From contig CM074809.1 of NCBI GenBank assembly GCA_037447605.1, forward strand, positions 4,189,975 through 4,253,974: DNA of 64,000 nucleotides. Direction: 5' to 3'. This document shows positions 22,801 through 36,243 of this stretch, one piece after another. Under the pieces are notes generated by a model. That model saw only the letters and a program-made list of their open reading frames with translations. It made no database searches and was not told the origin of the DNA. The first letter of the stretch is position 1. Each line of letters begins with the position of its first letter. A program made the translations under genes and the position numbers. The stretch is from Zygnema circumcarinatum SAG 698-1b. Its lineage: Eukaryota > Plantae > Zygnematophyceae.

Positions 22801-25800
22801 GTGGCAGGAGCAGACATGCCGCACTGCTACATGCTCGTCAAGTTGCTGCTCGGACAGGAGGCTCTCCCGGAGGGGGAGTCCGGCGAGCAGTCCGGGACAG
22901 CCGACTTCACGCTGCTGCAGGCGAGCGAAACCACGGGAGAGATGAAGAAGCTCAGAAGCGGTCTCACTGGAATGAAAGACACCGCGCTCGAGAAATTGCA
23001 TGCTCCTCCGGCCCGTGAGGCGGAGCAAAGGGACGAATGGGCGCATGGACTGGCAGCAGAGGAGGAGAAAGGAGTGAGGGCCGGTGATGAGACGGGAGGA
23101 CGGAAAGTACTCGAGGAGGGAACGGGAGAACTGGCAGGTAAACAAAGACTGCCCTTGCTTTGATCAGATAGGAGTCCATGAAGTCCAGCTATCATTCTTG
23201 CCCGCGTGCAGCCACTCTCCAAGCTAGTGAGCCTGCGTCCGCTCGTTCTTCGTCCACGGAGTTTCGTGCAGAGAGGGTTGCGAGTGAAGGCTCAGCATAT
23301 GCGGTTGCATGGCAGGATCTAAGGCCCTCATGGATGTGATTTACGCGCACCTGGTGTGCCCGCAACCCCTGAGCGAGCGGTGTGCGGCCACCCCTCCCCG
23401 CGGGTTCGCGCGCCTCCTGGGGGCCATCCGGTCGGTGCCGCTGGACCTGCTCCCGCTCCCTCCCGCGGCCGAAGGGGGGGACCCGCGCATCGGCTCGTGG
23501 CTGCCTCCGCACACGTTTGCCCACAACAGGTCCGTCCTCAACGCGCTCTGTCACAGCTTATGCTGGTGATGAAATGTAGCGGCCTCCTTCATTGGTTTGT
23601 TCCGAGTGTGACCAAGGCTTCCCACGGCGCAGATACGTTCTGAAGCAGAACTTCGCACGGGGAGGATTTGGGGAGGTGTGGCTGGCATCGCGCCGGGAAG
23701 TCTGCTCGGCGGGGCCGGAGTCAGTGTCGGAGATGGAGATGGAGCCGCGCGGCCGTGCAGGGGGGCGAAGCGGACATTCCCACTCTCCCGGCGGAGGGAA
23801 GGCAAAGCAGGAGGAGACTTTCATTCTGAAGAGGATGCTAGTGAGTGCCTCTATGAGCAAATACTGTAGGCCTCTCCATGGGAAGGGGTGCTATGGCGTG
23901 ATAGCTGCAGAAGCAGGGAACTGGGTAACAGAATATGCCGCATGGAGTGGACGAGCGAGAGAGACGAGCGATCTATGTGATACATGACTTTCTTCGACGT
24001 AGCATTTTACGTCGAAGAAAGCTGGCTTATTCTTGGTTGGCGCTTGTTTATGCAATTTGTGCATGGGTCTGTACCTGCCGTGAAGCAATTTCAGTGTTCA
24101 GCATCACTTCCATTGGGAGCCTGCCCCACTGAGCTAAAACAGAACTCCAAAAAAATGGTCTATTGGCGTTTGCGTAGTTATTCAAATGTCAAACGTGCTG
24201 TATTGGTGATAAGCCCGAGAGTTCCTGAGGTCGGGCTGGGGGGGAGGGCAGGACGTGGAAGGAGGGCGTCTCAGCGGGTTCAGGGAAAAGTATTTTGGGG
24301 AGCTTTTCCGAAACGCCACGGCGGGTCTGCAGGCCGAGCAGCAGGCGGCCGCTGCCTGCACTCAGCAGGGCGGCGCGTCCGGTGGGAGATGCTCGCGTGC
24401 AGATGACCGCGGGGATGAAGGTACTTATGAAGAAGGCTTTGTCCAGGGCTGGACGTCCGGGAAAGGAAATCACGATGCAGTTCTTGCATACAAGCAGTCA
24501 AAGGGTGCAGATGGCAAGTACTTCACTGACAAGTGGGAGCCGAATAGGATGGAAGAGGTCGACCTGGGGCATGTCGTTGGGATTCCGAGTGGAGAACCGT
24601 CCGGCGATGAATCCAGACGGGAAGCGGACCAGGAGCAGGAGCAGCAGGAGCAGGAGCAGGAGCAGGACGAGGACGGGGCGGGGTTGGCGCACATCGCGCG
24701 GTTTGTGGAGGCCTTCGAGGCGGGGCGCGACCTCTGGCTCGTGTTCCGCCACGAGGGCGCCGCGCTCTCCTCGCTGCTCTACCGGCCGGAGGGGGGGGGA
24801 GNNNNNNNNNNGGGGGGGGGGGCGGCTTCCAAGTGTTGGAGCCCTCGGAGTGGTGGCTGTGGCTGCGGAAAACCCCCGCAGGGAGGGCCGCGTTGCGCAG
24901 TATTCTGCGCCAGCTGGTGGGGGCTTCCTCCCACACTGTGTCACCACTTTCGAACTCCCATCCATCTCTTCCCCCTCTCTCTCTTTCTCTCTGTCGCTCT
25001 CCCTTTTTCTCTTTCTCGATCAACTTAGGCTTTTCATTCCCTAGTTCGTAGTTTAGCACCTTCGCTTGATTTCGTTGTCATCAAGTGAAGAAGTGGAGTG
25101 AAACGAAGCGAAAGGTCCCTTGAATCAATCAATGGTTCTGCCAGTTGATCTGCATGTCATGGGTTTGATGTAGAAACATGTGGCGGACTCTAGAGCCTCC
25201 ATCTTCGACACTGCCCTAATACTATTTTGTGGATGCTTAATGCTGTAAAGTAGAAGATTTTCTGCTGGAAGAGAAGTCAATCTATCGAATGTTTTTCTTG
25301 GCACACGAGGAAGCCATTGCTATCGGAAAAGGTTTGTATTAAGGAATGCACGAGGGGCAAGTTTGTCGATATTTTCCTATTCACAGCCAGGCTGGGCCAC
25401 AATGCAAGAGTGCCTTCTGACCTGTCCTGTGATAGGTGGCGGCGGGCGGCAGGTGCGCGGTCTGCGGGCGGGGCACGTGCGGGGCGTCGCGCACCGCGAC
25501 GTGAAGCCCGGTGAGGGGTGAGGCGAGGGCGCATGGCGCTTGCAAGGGCTCAGGGCTCAGGGCTCAGGGCTCAGGGCTCAGGGCTCAGGGCTCAGGGCTC
25601 AGGGCTCAGGGCTCAGGGCTCAGGGCTCAGGGCTCAGAGGCTCAGGGCTCAGGAGCTCAGGAGCTCAGGAGCTCAGGGCTCAGGGGCTCAGAGGCTCAGG
25701 GCTCAGGCTCAGGCTCAGGGCTCAGGCTCAGGGCTCAGGAGCTCAGGAGCTCAGGAGCTCAGGAGCTCAGGAGCTCAGGAGGCTCAGGGCTCAGGGCTCA

Positions 25801-28228
25801 GGGCTCAGGGCTCAGGGCTCAGGGCTCAGGGCTCAGGGCTCAGGGCTCAGGGCTCAGGGCTCAGGGCTCAGGGCTCAGGGCTCAGGGCGGGACTCACGCT
25901 CACGCTCACGCTCACGCTCACGCGGGGGGGGGCCGCGCCAGAGAACATCATTGTCAGGACCGCACAGGGCGACGAAACGCCATCACCGCGCTCGGGCTCT
26001 TCTTCAGGATATAGCGCCGACATGATCGTGTGGGCGACTTGTACCTATTCTCGTTCTCAAATCTAATGGGAAGCAATCTTGAAAGAAGTCCGTTCTGTAC
26101 CTATCGTTTAACAAAATCTTCTGTTCTGTTCTGCTCGGCAATGATCTTTGATACGTTACACGTGCTTCTCTGGATCGCTTCATATAAAACTGCCATTCGA
26201 GCATGCCCTAAATCGCTCGTTTGACGATGCGCACATTGGGCGATGCTTGTGCATCCTGTTGATTGCAGCCATGCATGCGTTGCGGCTGTGCAGGCGTTTG
26301 GCGGACTACGGCAGCGCTGTGGACGCGTTCTCTCTGGGCAGTCTTTACGGCCCCGACGGCCCCTCCAGGCAGGCGGCCCCGCCCCGCCCCGCCCCCCCCC
26401 CGGCCGTGCACCCCGCCGGGTCCTAAAGTCATGGTCGCTGAGGGCGGGCGGGGAGGGTGCAGGGCCGAGCAGACGCAGCTGTACGCCCCGCCGGAGTCCC
26501 TGCTCGGGCGGGGGGGGCAGCGGGCGGACCGCGGGGCCGCCGTGGCGGCATTCAAGGGGTCAGGGTCTTGCCGCTTCCAACCCGTCCGAAGGAATGCCCA
26601 GTTCACTTGAACAGACAGGAAATGTGAGAGAAAGGAATCTTGAGGGGAATATTCAAAGGTGCAACTTTTTCGGTGTTAGAAAACTATAGATGTGAAGAGA
26701 TTTCAACACTTACCTTTGAGAGGTTTGATTGTTTTTCTATCTCATGGTAAGGGACCTTATGCATACCCTCTGCATGCCGGCTTATTCGCGATAATGGTAA
26801 ACTCTTAACGTTAGGTTCCCGACTGTGGTGTATTTTGGTTGCTCTCTTCCTTTTGTCACCTTTGGCAGCTACGACATGTGGAGCGTCGGAGTGGTGTTCC
26901 TGGAACTGCTCTTGGGAACTCCACACGTGTGGGCTCTCAGCAGCCGGACGCAGGCGCGGCTGGAGCGGCGGCTCCGCGGCTGGGACCACGCGGCCAAGGA
27001 GACGGCGTACTTGTGAGAGGCCGACTTCTGCCGTGCTGCTTTGGCAACGAAGGTTCCGCAGGTTCAGGTCCAATGAGCCTGCGTGTGGCGGGAGAGAGGT
27101 GCAGGCTGAGAGCGTGGATGGAGCTGTGCATTCTCCCCGCGCACCACCACCACCGTCGCGGTGAGGCCGAACCGCCGGGGGACTCGGAGAGTGCGCAAGT
27201 GAGCCACCCCGCCCCGTACCTTGGCACTTTGCCGGACTAGATGGCTCTTGCCCCTCGATCCGAGGATCGAGAGGGCTCTTATGTTATGTACCATCAAGGG
27301 AAGCGATGCAGCACATACGCTTTTTGCTTGATTCATTTATTATCTAAGAGTGGTGGAGCGGTTTGTGACTCACAACATAGATACAACTGCATGTCTGAGT
27401 TTACATCTCCTGGCTATGAGGAAAAAGCAGAGGGAAAATGTTAACAACTGTATTAAACGGTTCTACAGCTTTTCAATACAGGTGACGATATCATAAATTA
27501 TACCGTGGTTAAGTGGAATAACAAAGAGATTGACTTGTCATTGCACCTGCCCGAGTCATTGAGGCTCCTTGGAAGTCTTTACTATACTCACAGTAGCTGA
27601 GCTGATGACCTCGGGGTATTGGTGGGGGCAGGAGGACGCCCCTCTGGCTCCATGGGACTGCACAGAGGATGCGCTGATGGCTCATATTCGGCGACGGGAT
27701 CCCCTGGGCCTGGGGTGCGCACTGCGCTTTCTGCTTGCAGGACATGGTGGGAGGATGGGGGGTAATATTGAAGTGCAAGCATGCAGAGAGGGAGGGGATG
27801 GGGGTGAAAGGGAGAGAGCGGAGAGGGGAAGATCTGTCTTTCTCAGATGGAGAAGCTCTTAACCTCTTTAAGACTGGCCATGGCGCAGGGCGCCGGACGT
27901 TTGGGCATTGCGACTCTTGCGGCGCCTTTTGCAATGGTATCCAGTAAGTGACAAGGTCATCCAGCCATGCCGTCAGATCCCTATTGAAGTTTTCTTTTCC
28001 AGAAATGCATGGGTGGCTGAACTTGCTCATGAATGCTCATTCCACTTTGCCCACGTGCCGCCTGAGGGCCAGGCCGATCGGATAACATCGGAGGCGGCCT
28101 TGCAGCACGCATTTCTGCGCGATGATGGGCAGCAAGGTGAGCGGAAGCCCGCGAACAGAAGCAAGATCCCAAAAGCTAAAGATGGAACCTGCCATGCGTG
28201 GCTTTTTGAGCAGCGTGAGGCTCTTTGA
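19819..28228 (+). CDS. Multi-exon PP2C phosphatase / Ser-Thr kinase fusion protein (rice PP2C51-like family)
   Basis: Hydrophobic N-terminus; RPSQEDR, VFDGHGG, GTTA..ANVGDSKALLC, NGELAVSRALGD, VVTDG, GSMDN; then NFARGGFGEVWLA, FILKR, HRDVKP|EN, LADYGSA, YAPPE, YDMWSVGVVFLELLLG, RITSEAALQHAF. Last exon uncertain (alternative end about 28415). Confidence 0.88.
25545..25887 (+). repeat. (CTCAGGG)n minisatellite with CTCAGGAG / CTCAGG / CTCAGAGG variants, inside intron 25511-25941
   Basis: About 343 bp of tandem 7-mers followed by (CTCACG)5 and a G run. Confidence 0.95.
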
Positions 28229-29232
28229 TGAATTCAAGCAAGTTTTTTTCTAAAGAGCACCTGAACTGAAAGTAGAGAGAGAAATACTAGCGAATGGTGT
28301 TCCCTGGCAAACAGTTGTGTCGCAGAACGACCCGTGGCACGCGCTGAAGATGGTATGAATGGTGGAGTCAGGGTTCAGCTTCTTTCATCTGTCGGCGGGC
28401 AAACAGGCAGCTGACTGTTGGAACTGCTTGCGGTGTCCTTCAGCTTTGATTCTACTCGAGCTCCTTAAAAGACATTGGTCTGAATCGCGCGTGGCGTCGT
28501 CTTGCAGGAGGGTTTGTCTGCTCCGTGTGCAAAAACGAGTTCGAGTTCGCGGCGGATTGCGAGCAGCACGTCGCGGCAGAGCACGGTCTTCGCCATGCAC
28601 ATGGTCGCTGTTCCTGACAGAGACCGAGGGGCGGCAGGGCCGTTCTGTTATTCAGACCATGCGGGAATTTTGCACCTGGCAAGGAGCAGCGTGCACGGAA
28701 TATGTATGTAACAGATGCTGGGAGGTAGAAAACATTTTAACATTTACCTGTTTCTTTTCTCCTCCCTCTCACGCACGCAGTCACACACAAACACACACAC
28801 ACAGGAACCTACAAAGACTAGATACTTTGTGAAGGCTTAGTTACATTGTTACACACTGTCTTCTGCTGTTGTGATGGACACGTGACATGTCGAACGGCAA
28901 GTTGCCCACGATATATACTTTTAAGTCTCCACGCTTTGGTGATATCGGGCTTCCAAAATACTTGGGAGGGACCTGCGAGCAGCCTGAGTCTGCAGGGTTA
29001 TAAACCGCCACTACAATCTTTTTGAATAGAAACGACCTTGTGCACTTCACGATAACTGCAAAAGCTAAACAACTGCACCATTTTTACAGTGGGCCGTACT
29101 CCAGTGCGATTGTGTGCTCCAAACGAAAAGCATTTATCTACATGGCCAATGGCGGCAGTCATTCTCGCTGTCACACTTGACGGTTGATGCCTGGATGGCA
29201 GGTTGCACTCTGCGCTCAGAGAAAAGCGAACT

Positions 29233-32200
29233 CTAATTGGGTCCCGCCCCTCCAGCCGCGGCTGCCTTCCTGTTCCAGGAAAGGTACGAGGTGTCTCCCA
29301 GGGGCCTGCGCGCCACCAAGGAAAGACGCGGTCAGCCGCACACAAGTCCTCAAGAAGCGGCAGCCTGCCGTACAACCTCGCGCAAACCGCGCGGAATGAG
29401 ACAAAGAGATAGAGAGACAGGTGGGGGCAAACTCACCTCGGGTTGACGAGGCGCAGCAGGAGGAAGAGGAGCGCGAAGAGAACGCTCAGACTGCCGACCG
29501 CTATGTACGCGACACCCAGGAAGTTGTTCTTGCCGCCCAGCCAGCTGGCGGTGCTGAGCACCACATACTTGGCCCCGCCAAAAGGATACGTGTTGTAAGT
29601 GTTGTTGACGGAGATACTGATCACGCTGCCCTCGGGAATGGAGGTCTCAATCCTCCCCCACAATTTTCGAAATGTTGGAAGTGCTGCTGTTCGCATCCAC
29701 ACGATGAGATGCTCGTCCTGGTCCAACTGGGGACAGCAGACGCCAGAACAGCGGAATGATCAGTTGAGGCTTTCATTTTATGTCTGGAAACAAACCAAGT
29801 CCCCAGGCAGGCACAACTGCAAGGAGCAGCGGGATTTTGAATACCGAAGGGGAACAATACTGCTACTTTAGGCACACGAGCGCGTGGTGGAGTAGCTACT
29901 GCATGAAGCAAGCTTCCTTACAGGAGTGCTCGGGTCAAGCGTTCCACCACCCCGCAGGTCAGGATCTGTATTGAAATTCTGTGGCAGCTGAGAGCCGAAT
30001 TTTGCTTCGCGGTCGCTCTTCCAGGAAATGTTTGTCTCATTCACAGTGATAGCCGACCCGTCACTCGCCGCAAGAGCGTACGTGTCGTTGAAGAGCGACC
30101 ACGCAATGAGCCCGCACGGGTTGATCGGCAAACTCGAGTTTCCGCCGAGGTACGCTTCGGGCTTGCACACATCCAAGCCGCTTCCAGTGACCGCATCCCC
30201 CCGCAGCTGGCTGTCGCTGCGGCTTTTCACATATCTGCAAGCGTGCCACCAAAGTCGGAACAACGTAAGAACACTGCACAAAGGAGCTGCTCTTACTCCG
30301 CAGCCCCCCTTACAACAGTCTACAAAAGACTCATCCACCAAAAAGACCAACCCAAGTTCTCCAGTTTCTAGTCAATTGTACTGGTTACGCGTCGATGAAA
30401 AACCAAATGGCTTCCACGGAACATTCATAGGGATTCACCGAGACGAAAGAATCCATTTTTGAAGAACTCTGCGTATCCTATCTCCTTAACACCGCTGACA
30501 GGCATGCCCGTCTGCGAGGGGCAAAAGCCCCCCGAGATCAGCCCCGACTACACGTGGCGGAGTTCTCTTGTTTACAAATGTCAGTGTGCATTATAGCATG
30601 ATGGAAAATCGCAAATTCTGACATCACAGGCAAGGGTTTCCGCCTCAAAAGTCAAACATCAAATACTGAATTTTCCTCTGCCGAGCAACTGAGTAGGGCC
30701 ATAAAACCTGACGCTATCAAATGTGATTGCAGTTTCCATTCGTGTTCACCTCAACTTTTCCCAGAAAGACTGCGCTGTCTGGTGACGAAGCGTAAAGATA
30801 CAATCCGACTGTTTTGACCCAAAAATGCTAGTTCTCTGCCCTGTTCACATCCTCATCTGGCTTGGTTCTCCAGCACAGAATTGCCCGCAGCTCACACCCG
30901 ACGAACCCTTATTGTGGAACGCTACTCGGTGAACCATGACGAACAAAATGGCTGCTGCTACCACTGTTTTGCAATGATAACAGCTTCCTGATGCAGTCGC
31001 AGGCAGAACACAGAAGCGCAGCATCTGATGCTCGCACGAGCCTCAACAATGAACTATGTCCGTTTCATCTACGTAAAAATGACTCGCCAACACCTACCTG
31101 CGATGGTTTTGGTAGTAATTGTCCAGTTGGTAATACAAAAAAATGGGTGGATCCATTGTCTTTGGCACCTGAGACCCAGAAAAAATGCATGGCAGCTTTG
31201 AGGTCAAAAGCAAGAATCTCAAATTCGACGGCCAAGAGAACTTTGAAGTTTAGGTGGTTTTCTGTGGTTGCATGGCGGTTAGTTAAAGTGACTACCAATG
31301 GATGCACCTCAACACAGCCATCTGCCTGCAATACTATTCACGAAGCATTAACCACAAACAACGTTCTAAACAAACCACACTGTGTAAAATGCTTGATAAG
31401 CCGGAGGCCCGCTGAAATCCGACATGACACGCGCAACTACCTGAAGACTATTGCAGAGCAGCTTTCGTTGGGGGAAAGGCTTTCTTAAAAGTGGCAGAAC
31501 ACAGACCGTTCCCAACCAAACCCTATAAGCACCCGTCCAAAGCTAGCAAAAGCAGTTGCACCGCATCCCGCACACTATACATCAGGCCAAGTAGGGAAAT
31601 CCAGAAGAAATCCAGAAGAAATCCAGAAGTAGGAGAATCCAGCACTTTAAAGAAACTGATTGCAGTTGCAGTTAACGCTGTCACGCTGCATGCCTTAGCA
31701 GACCAAGAAAGTGCTTATCCAGAGGCTATCCAACACGCAGCTTTGGAATCTAAGCGAAGGCAGAGATTACCGTGACAGTGAGAACGCATGCAGGCACCGG
31801 TGTTACATCCTGATTTTCCAAAATGGAAGACCTCGCACTGTCATCGGTTACGTTTGCAAGACACTCCTGATCGTATCTCTTTTTCACTTCAACGACCTGC
31901 AAGCGGAAAGCCACCGGCCAATGGCCGTGCAGGTTAGCCAACACAGACGTAGAGGCAAGAACGTGACAGCGAACTGCCTCGCGCTGCTCCTCCACGCCAC
32001 CGACCAGCGCACGCCACGGCCCCTGCTCGGGATGTGCAGGAAAAACATTTGCGGCCATCCGCCAACATAGACGAATAGTAAGCACTTACCCCGTTTGACG
32101 CCAATAGGGAGACTGCACCAATAGGAATAAAAATGACACCCACAATAAAAAATGTTGTGATGACCTGCACATAGATCGACAAGAGGAACACTTAGCCACG

Positions 32201-33645
32201 AATACAGCAGGGAAAGAATACAGACACATGGACTGTTGTAGGCATTGAGAACATGCCCAAAAAAGCAAGGGAACACTGGAGAACCTGCACCTGGACATTT
32301 TGCTTTGGCTGCAAAAAATCTGAGGATTCCAACAGAAAGAACTGCCATAAACGAACTTACCACAGCTGGAGTCAGTAATGGTTTGCATGCAGGAAGCTCC
32401 TGTTGAGTGAAACGCGAGTCTGCAATGGGGAAAACCAAAAAACTGAAAAACATCGTTCGCCATGAATTCATGCAGCTTCAACCCGTGCTTTGTTTGGAAA
32501 AAGGCACAACCACGGTAACATTAAGTTGCTCATACATTGACCTGCTGCTACGTTCTAACAAAGCAGCTTCAAGTTAGCTGCAACTCCTTCACAAATAGAA
32601 AACAATGCAGTCCTCTTCACTCAATGAGTGACATTCCTCTCCATGGGCCCTTTCTCAACGACCAACTACTGGAAAATGGCTGAAATCAGTGAACCACTGC
32701 CCTTCACTTGCATAACACCATACACCATGTCGTGTATCCACTATAAATGTTTCCCTGCAATACTTTCACAAACGAGCTTTCACAGGCTCCTTCCCAGGTT
32801 ATTGATCTCTCCACCATTTTCATCTCAGCAGCAGGCAGAAAGGCCGGCAAAAGGCCTAGCGGTTTGTTTCAGCCGGTTGCCCTTAAAATGCACCGCGCGT
32901 GCCCATACGGACTAACTAAAGAAATTCTGTCGAGAGTACGTTCTCCTCTGTTGAAACTCAGTTTCAATATCGCATTGAGTGCATCGGGTTGAGTTAACCA
33001 CGATGGCAGCAAAGCCATTTCTCAAAGGAGCCCACTTTAGCTTTAAGCACAAAGGAGCCAGGAAATAAGCACATTGGACACATTGCGAATAGGCTGACTC
33101 GTGAGCGCACCACGATCACAATAACCTGAAAGTGAGGCCAGGCATGATCAAACCTGACTGCGCCGTTGACAGAAGCCAAAAGACTAAAGTGACCTCGAGA
33201 AGGGAAACAAAAATATCAGTGAACGTGCAAACCCTACTGCCGGTCCTCGCAAAAAGGAAAGGGGAAGGGCGGGGTGAAAGGGGCGGCGGCGTCGGACCCC
33301 CAAAATGTGGTTCACAGTTTCTTTCCGAACGTATGACTTCCCAAGCCAGTTCCAAGAAAAAGCACAACAAAGAACACCACGGAGCGAAGGCGGGCTGATA
33401 CCGCTGCAGAGAACGCGATGTACATGGCAGAGCATTTTATGATAGAACACCACAAACATCCACGAATTCTGCCCTGTTAAAAGAATGTCCAGGCATCTGG
33501 TCGTAATCCGTGCGAAGTAAATCGAGCTCAGAGCCCACTGGGAGCAAGCAGGACGAGAGTGGCGGCGGGCCCTGTACGTACACTTGGGCTTCTTGGACTC
33601 CTTGGGGGCGGTAGCAGCGTCCACGGTCGCTCCAGCCGAGCTCAT
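29233..33645 (-). CDS. ALIS: ALA-interacting subunit (CDC50/LEM3 family, P4-ATPase beta subunit)
   Basis: KKPKYSRFTQQELPACKPLLTP, INPCGLIAWSLFNDTY, EHLIVWMRTAALPTFRKLWG, SWLGGKNNFLG, PR|PLGDTSYLSWN. Confidence 0.95.
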
Positions 33646-34156
33646 GGTGGCCTGCCTGCGCCTGCTCTTGCTCTGCTACTGCTCCTCCTCCTGCTCTGCT
33701 ACTGCTCCTGCTCTGCTACTGCTCCTGCTCTGCTACTGCTCCTGCTCCTGCTCCTCCTCCCTCTCTCTCTCTCTCCCCTCCCTCCCCCCGCCGCGGAACG
33801 CGCCGCGCCGCGCGCCGCGCTGTCGCGTCACGGCCATCACGGCCGTCACGGCCGTCCCCGGGCCGACCGAGCGGTCCCCTCGAAGCTTCGGGTCGACGGC
33901 ATACCGTACGGCTCGTTCGTACCGCACCGCTAGGCGAACCGGGCGGGCGAGACGGCTCCATAGGCAGCAGTTCCGTTACGTTCCGTTCCGTGCTGCGCGG
34001 GGGCGGTCCCGGGCGAGCCCCTCTCTCAGGTGGCGAGAGGGCGGGCAGGCGGCCACCTTGGAGCGCCTGGCGGAGGACTGGGACAGCCCCACCCACGCCC
34101 GCAGCCATGGCCACAGCCAGAGCCAGAGCGGGCCCCGCAGTCCGCAGGAACTCTGA

Positions 34157-35486
34157 CATGGCGTCAAGGCCACTCTGCGCCTGCGCGTGGTGCCGCATCT
34201 GTGCCCCTCCTCCTCCGTCCCTTCCGACGACACCTCATGGCCCCGCGCTTCGCCCTACAAGCTCACCACAACTGCACAATGGCGCAGGCTGCTGGAAACA
34301 CACGATGAGAATGTGGCGGGAGAGGGTGTTTTTGAATTTGCCTCCTCTGATTTTACAGCGTCAGATTCGGAGGATGTCGTCGTTGAGGTTTGTCTTCAAA
34401 TGGAAAATCAGTCGGATTTCGCTTAACAATTGCAACGAGCCAAACTCTCAATGTTCTACGGAAATTCGAAACGAGACAAACATAAGAGATTGTTGTTTAA
34501 TCTAGAAACACACGATATTAGATGTTCTTCTAGTTTGTGTTGATTTTTGTTCAACTCACTTTGCAGCTACAGTGGCTAAGTGCGGACAAATTACTGCAAG
34601 GATTTCCCAATGGACGGTGGATTTTGACCCCTTTCCACTCTTTTTGGAGCTGCAGCAGGTCACTGTATTGCGAGTGAGTGGAGGGGGTGCGCCGGCAACC
34701 ATTTCTTACACCTCAAAAGGCAGCAAAGCAGGAAAAGCTCGGTCAGTTCAAATGACTTCTCATGGCAGCCCGAACCGTACATTAGTGAAGACGCGTTGTA
34801 TGTCTGATTGAAGCTGGCCTCTGCATTCTCGCACCAAACAAGGATGATAAAAGGCAAAAAACTAGGCACTTTCTGGCATTTCGTGCGGAAGATGCTTTTT
34901 CTCTCACAAACACTACTACTTCCATCCATTTTTTGAGTGCGTTGCGCACTTGCATTCAGGAGTTTTCAGCTGAATTTTCACGGGTAAAAACTGAACCATT
35001 TGGTAAGGGTAATAGTGCGGCCCTCAGAGAATTTGACAAGAAAGGCTGTTGTCATAGGTAAGGGTGCATACGTAGAGTGCTTGCTTCAGGAAGTGATGGA
35101 AGCCCAATCGCGTGCAGAGCAGGAGTGGATTACGCGGCGGTGAGTGGGAGATTGGATTTTGCTGCGGGAGAAGTTCACGAGGCAATCCAAATTCCGATTT
35201 TGGCCAACAGTGGCTACCAAGGGAACAGGTGGATTCTGAGATCACTTTGAATGCCTTCCATAATGACTACTTGAGCGAAGCTCTGAATGGCACGTGCAGA
35301 TGCCTTCAGCGCTACCTTGAAATGAGAGCCGCAGCCCTCGGCAGACCTGTGCCATTGCGGAGCAGCAATAGAATCGGTTACAGCGTCTGCGCTGCATGGT
35401 CGTCATGTGGAATGATGGTGGGAGCCGCTTCCTGGTGGGAGGCCCGCATGGCGGCTCGTTGTTTATGGAGCCAAGCCACTCGCTGA
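34157..35486 (+). CDS. Candidate spliced gene or pseudogene containing a Calx-beta-like domain
   Basis: Exons ending 34387, 34659-34719, 35090-35139 and starting 35229 join in phase to GEGVFEFASSDFTASDSEDVVVE|VTVLRVSGGGAPATISYTSK|GSDGSPIACRAGVDYAA|VDSEITL. No in-frame ATG upstream; 3' end unclear. Confidence 0.5.
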
Positions 35487-36243
35487 CCTTCTCAACGTCG
35501 GAGAGCGCGGGCAAGGAGGGAGGAGCAGGGAGGCGGGAAGTCTGTCGTTGCGAGGCAGATGATGGCGGAAGCAGCGACTTCCATAGACCACATTGCGGAC
35601 GTGTCAAAAGCCTTCGACGAAATTGGAGGCTTCGATCCTCGTCCACCTGCGAAAGTGAAAAGCATTTAGTGCTCTTATCCTCCTAGTGAATTTTTCTCGC
35701 TTTGACATTCCTATGAGTGCCGTCCGCTGTCCGTTACGGAAACAAACAAGCCGACCATCCAGGAAAAAATAACAGGGAAGAACAAAAACAAATGGAATTG
35801 TCGAGTTTGTCAATTGCAAACTGACCATCCAAGATATTAAATAACGTCCGCAGGAACGGCAGATAAACAGAACATATGAACATAAACGGAACTCGTCTCA
35901 CGTCGCATGAGAACCTCACATTTGCAGCGTTGCTCAATTCCAACACGCCATTATTTGCAGGCAAACATAACTGTCTGCATAAAAAAGCAAATCGGAAGCG
36001 CAATAGCTGGTAAGCTACAAGTCAATTAGGTTAACGGTTCGTAACGTATAGACTAAGCAAAGCGATAAGCACCTTCTTCTTCTGAATACTGTAACCCCTG
36101 TGTCACTTGCCAGTACTACCTTACATAAATTACTGTCTCTAATGGCAGCCCCGACGGTGTAAGTCCCCTGACAGGTGGAATTCACAGAACTTGAGAAGAA
36201 GCTGAAATGGTCGCTCAAGGCCAAAGGACGTGTCGAGGAAAGC

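Noticed and set aside
23566-23643. C/D snoRNA-like boxes (GTGATGA ... CTGA)
   Set aside because: The D box lies inside the kinase exon YVLKQ; the intron ends at about 23631.
25511-26066. ORFs with AQGSGLR repeats
   Set aside because: Translation of the intronic CTCAGGG array.
35028-35057. 30-nt in-phase micro-exon for the Calx-beta gene
   Set aside because: It would require a 32-nt intron; skipping it preserves phase and fits the domain better.
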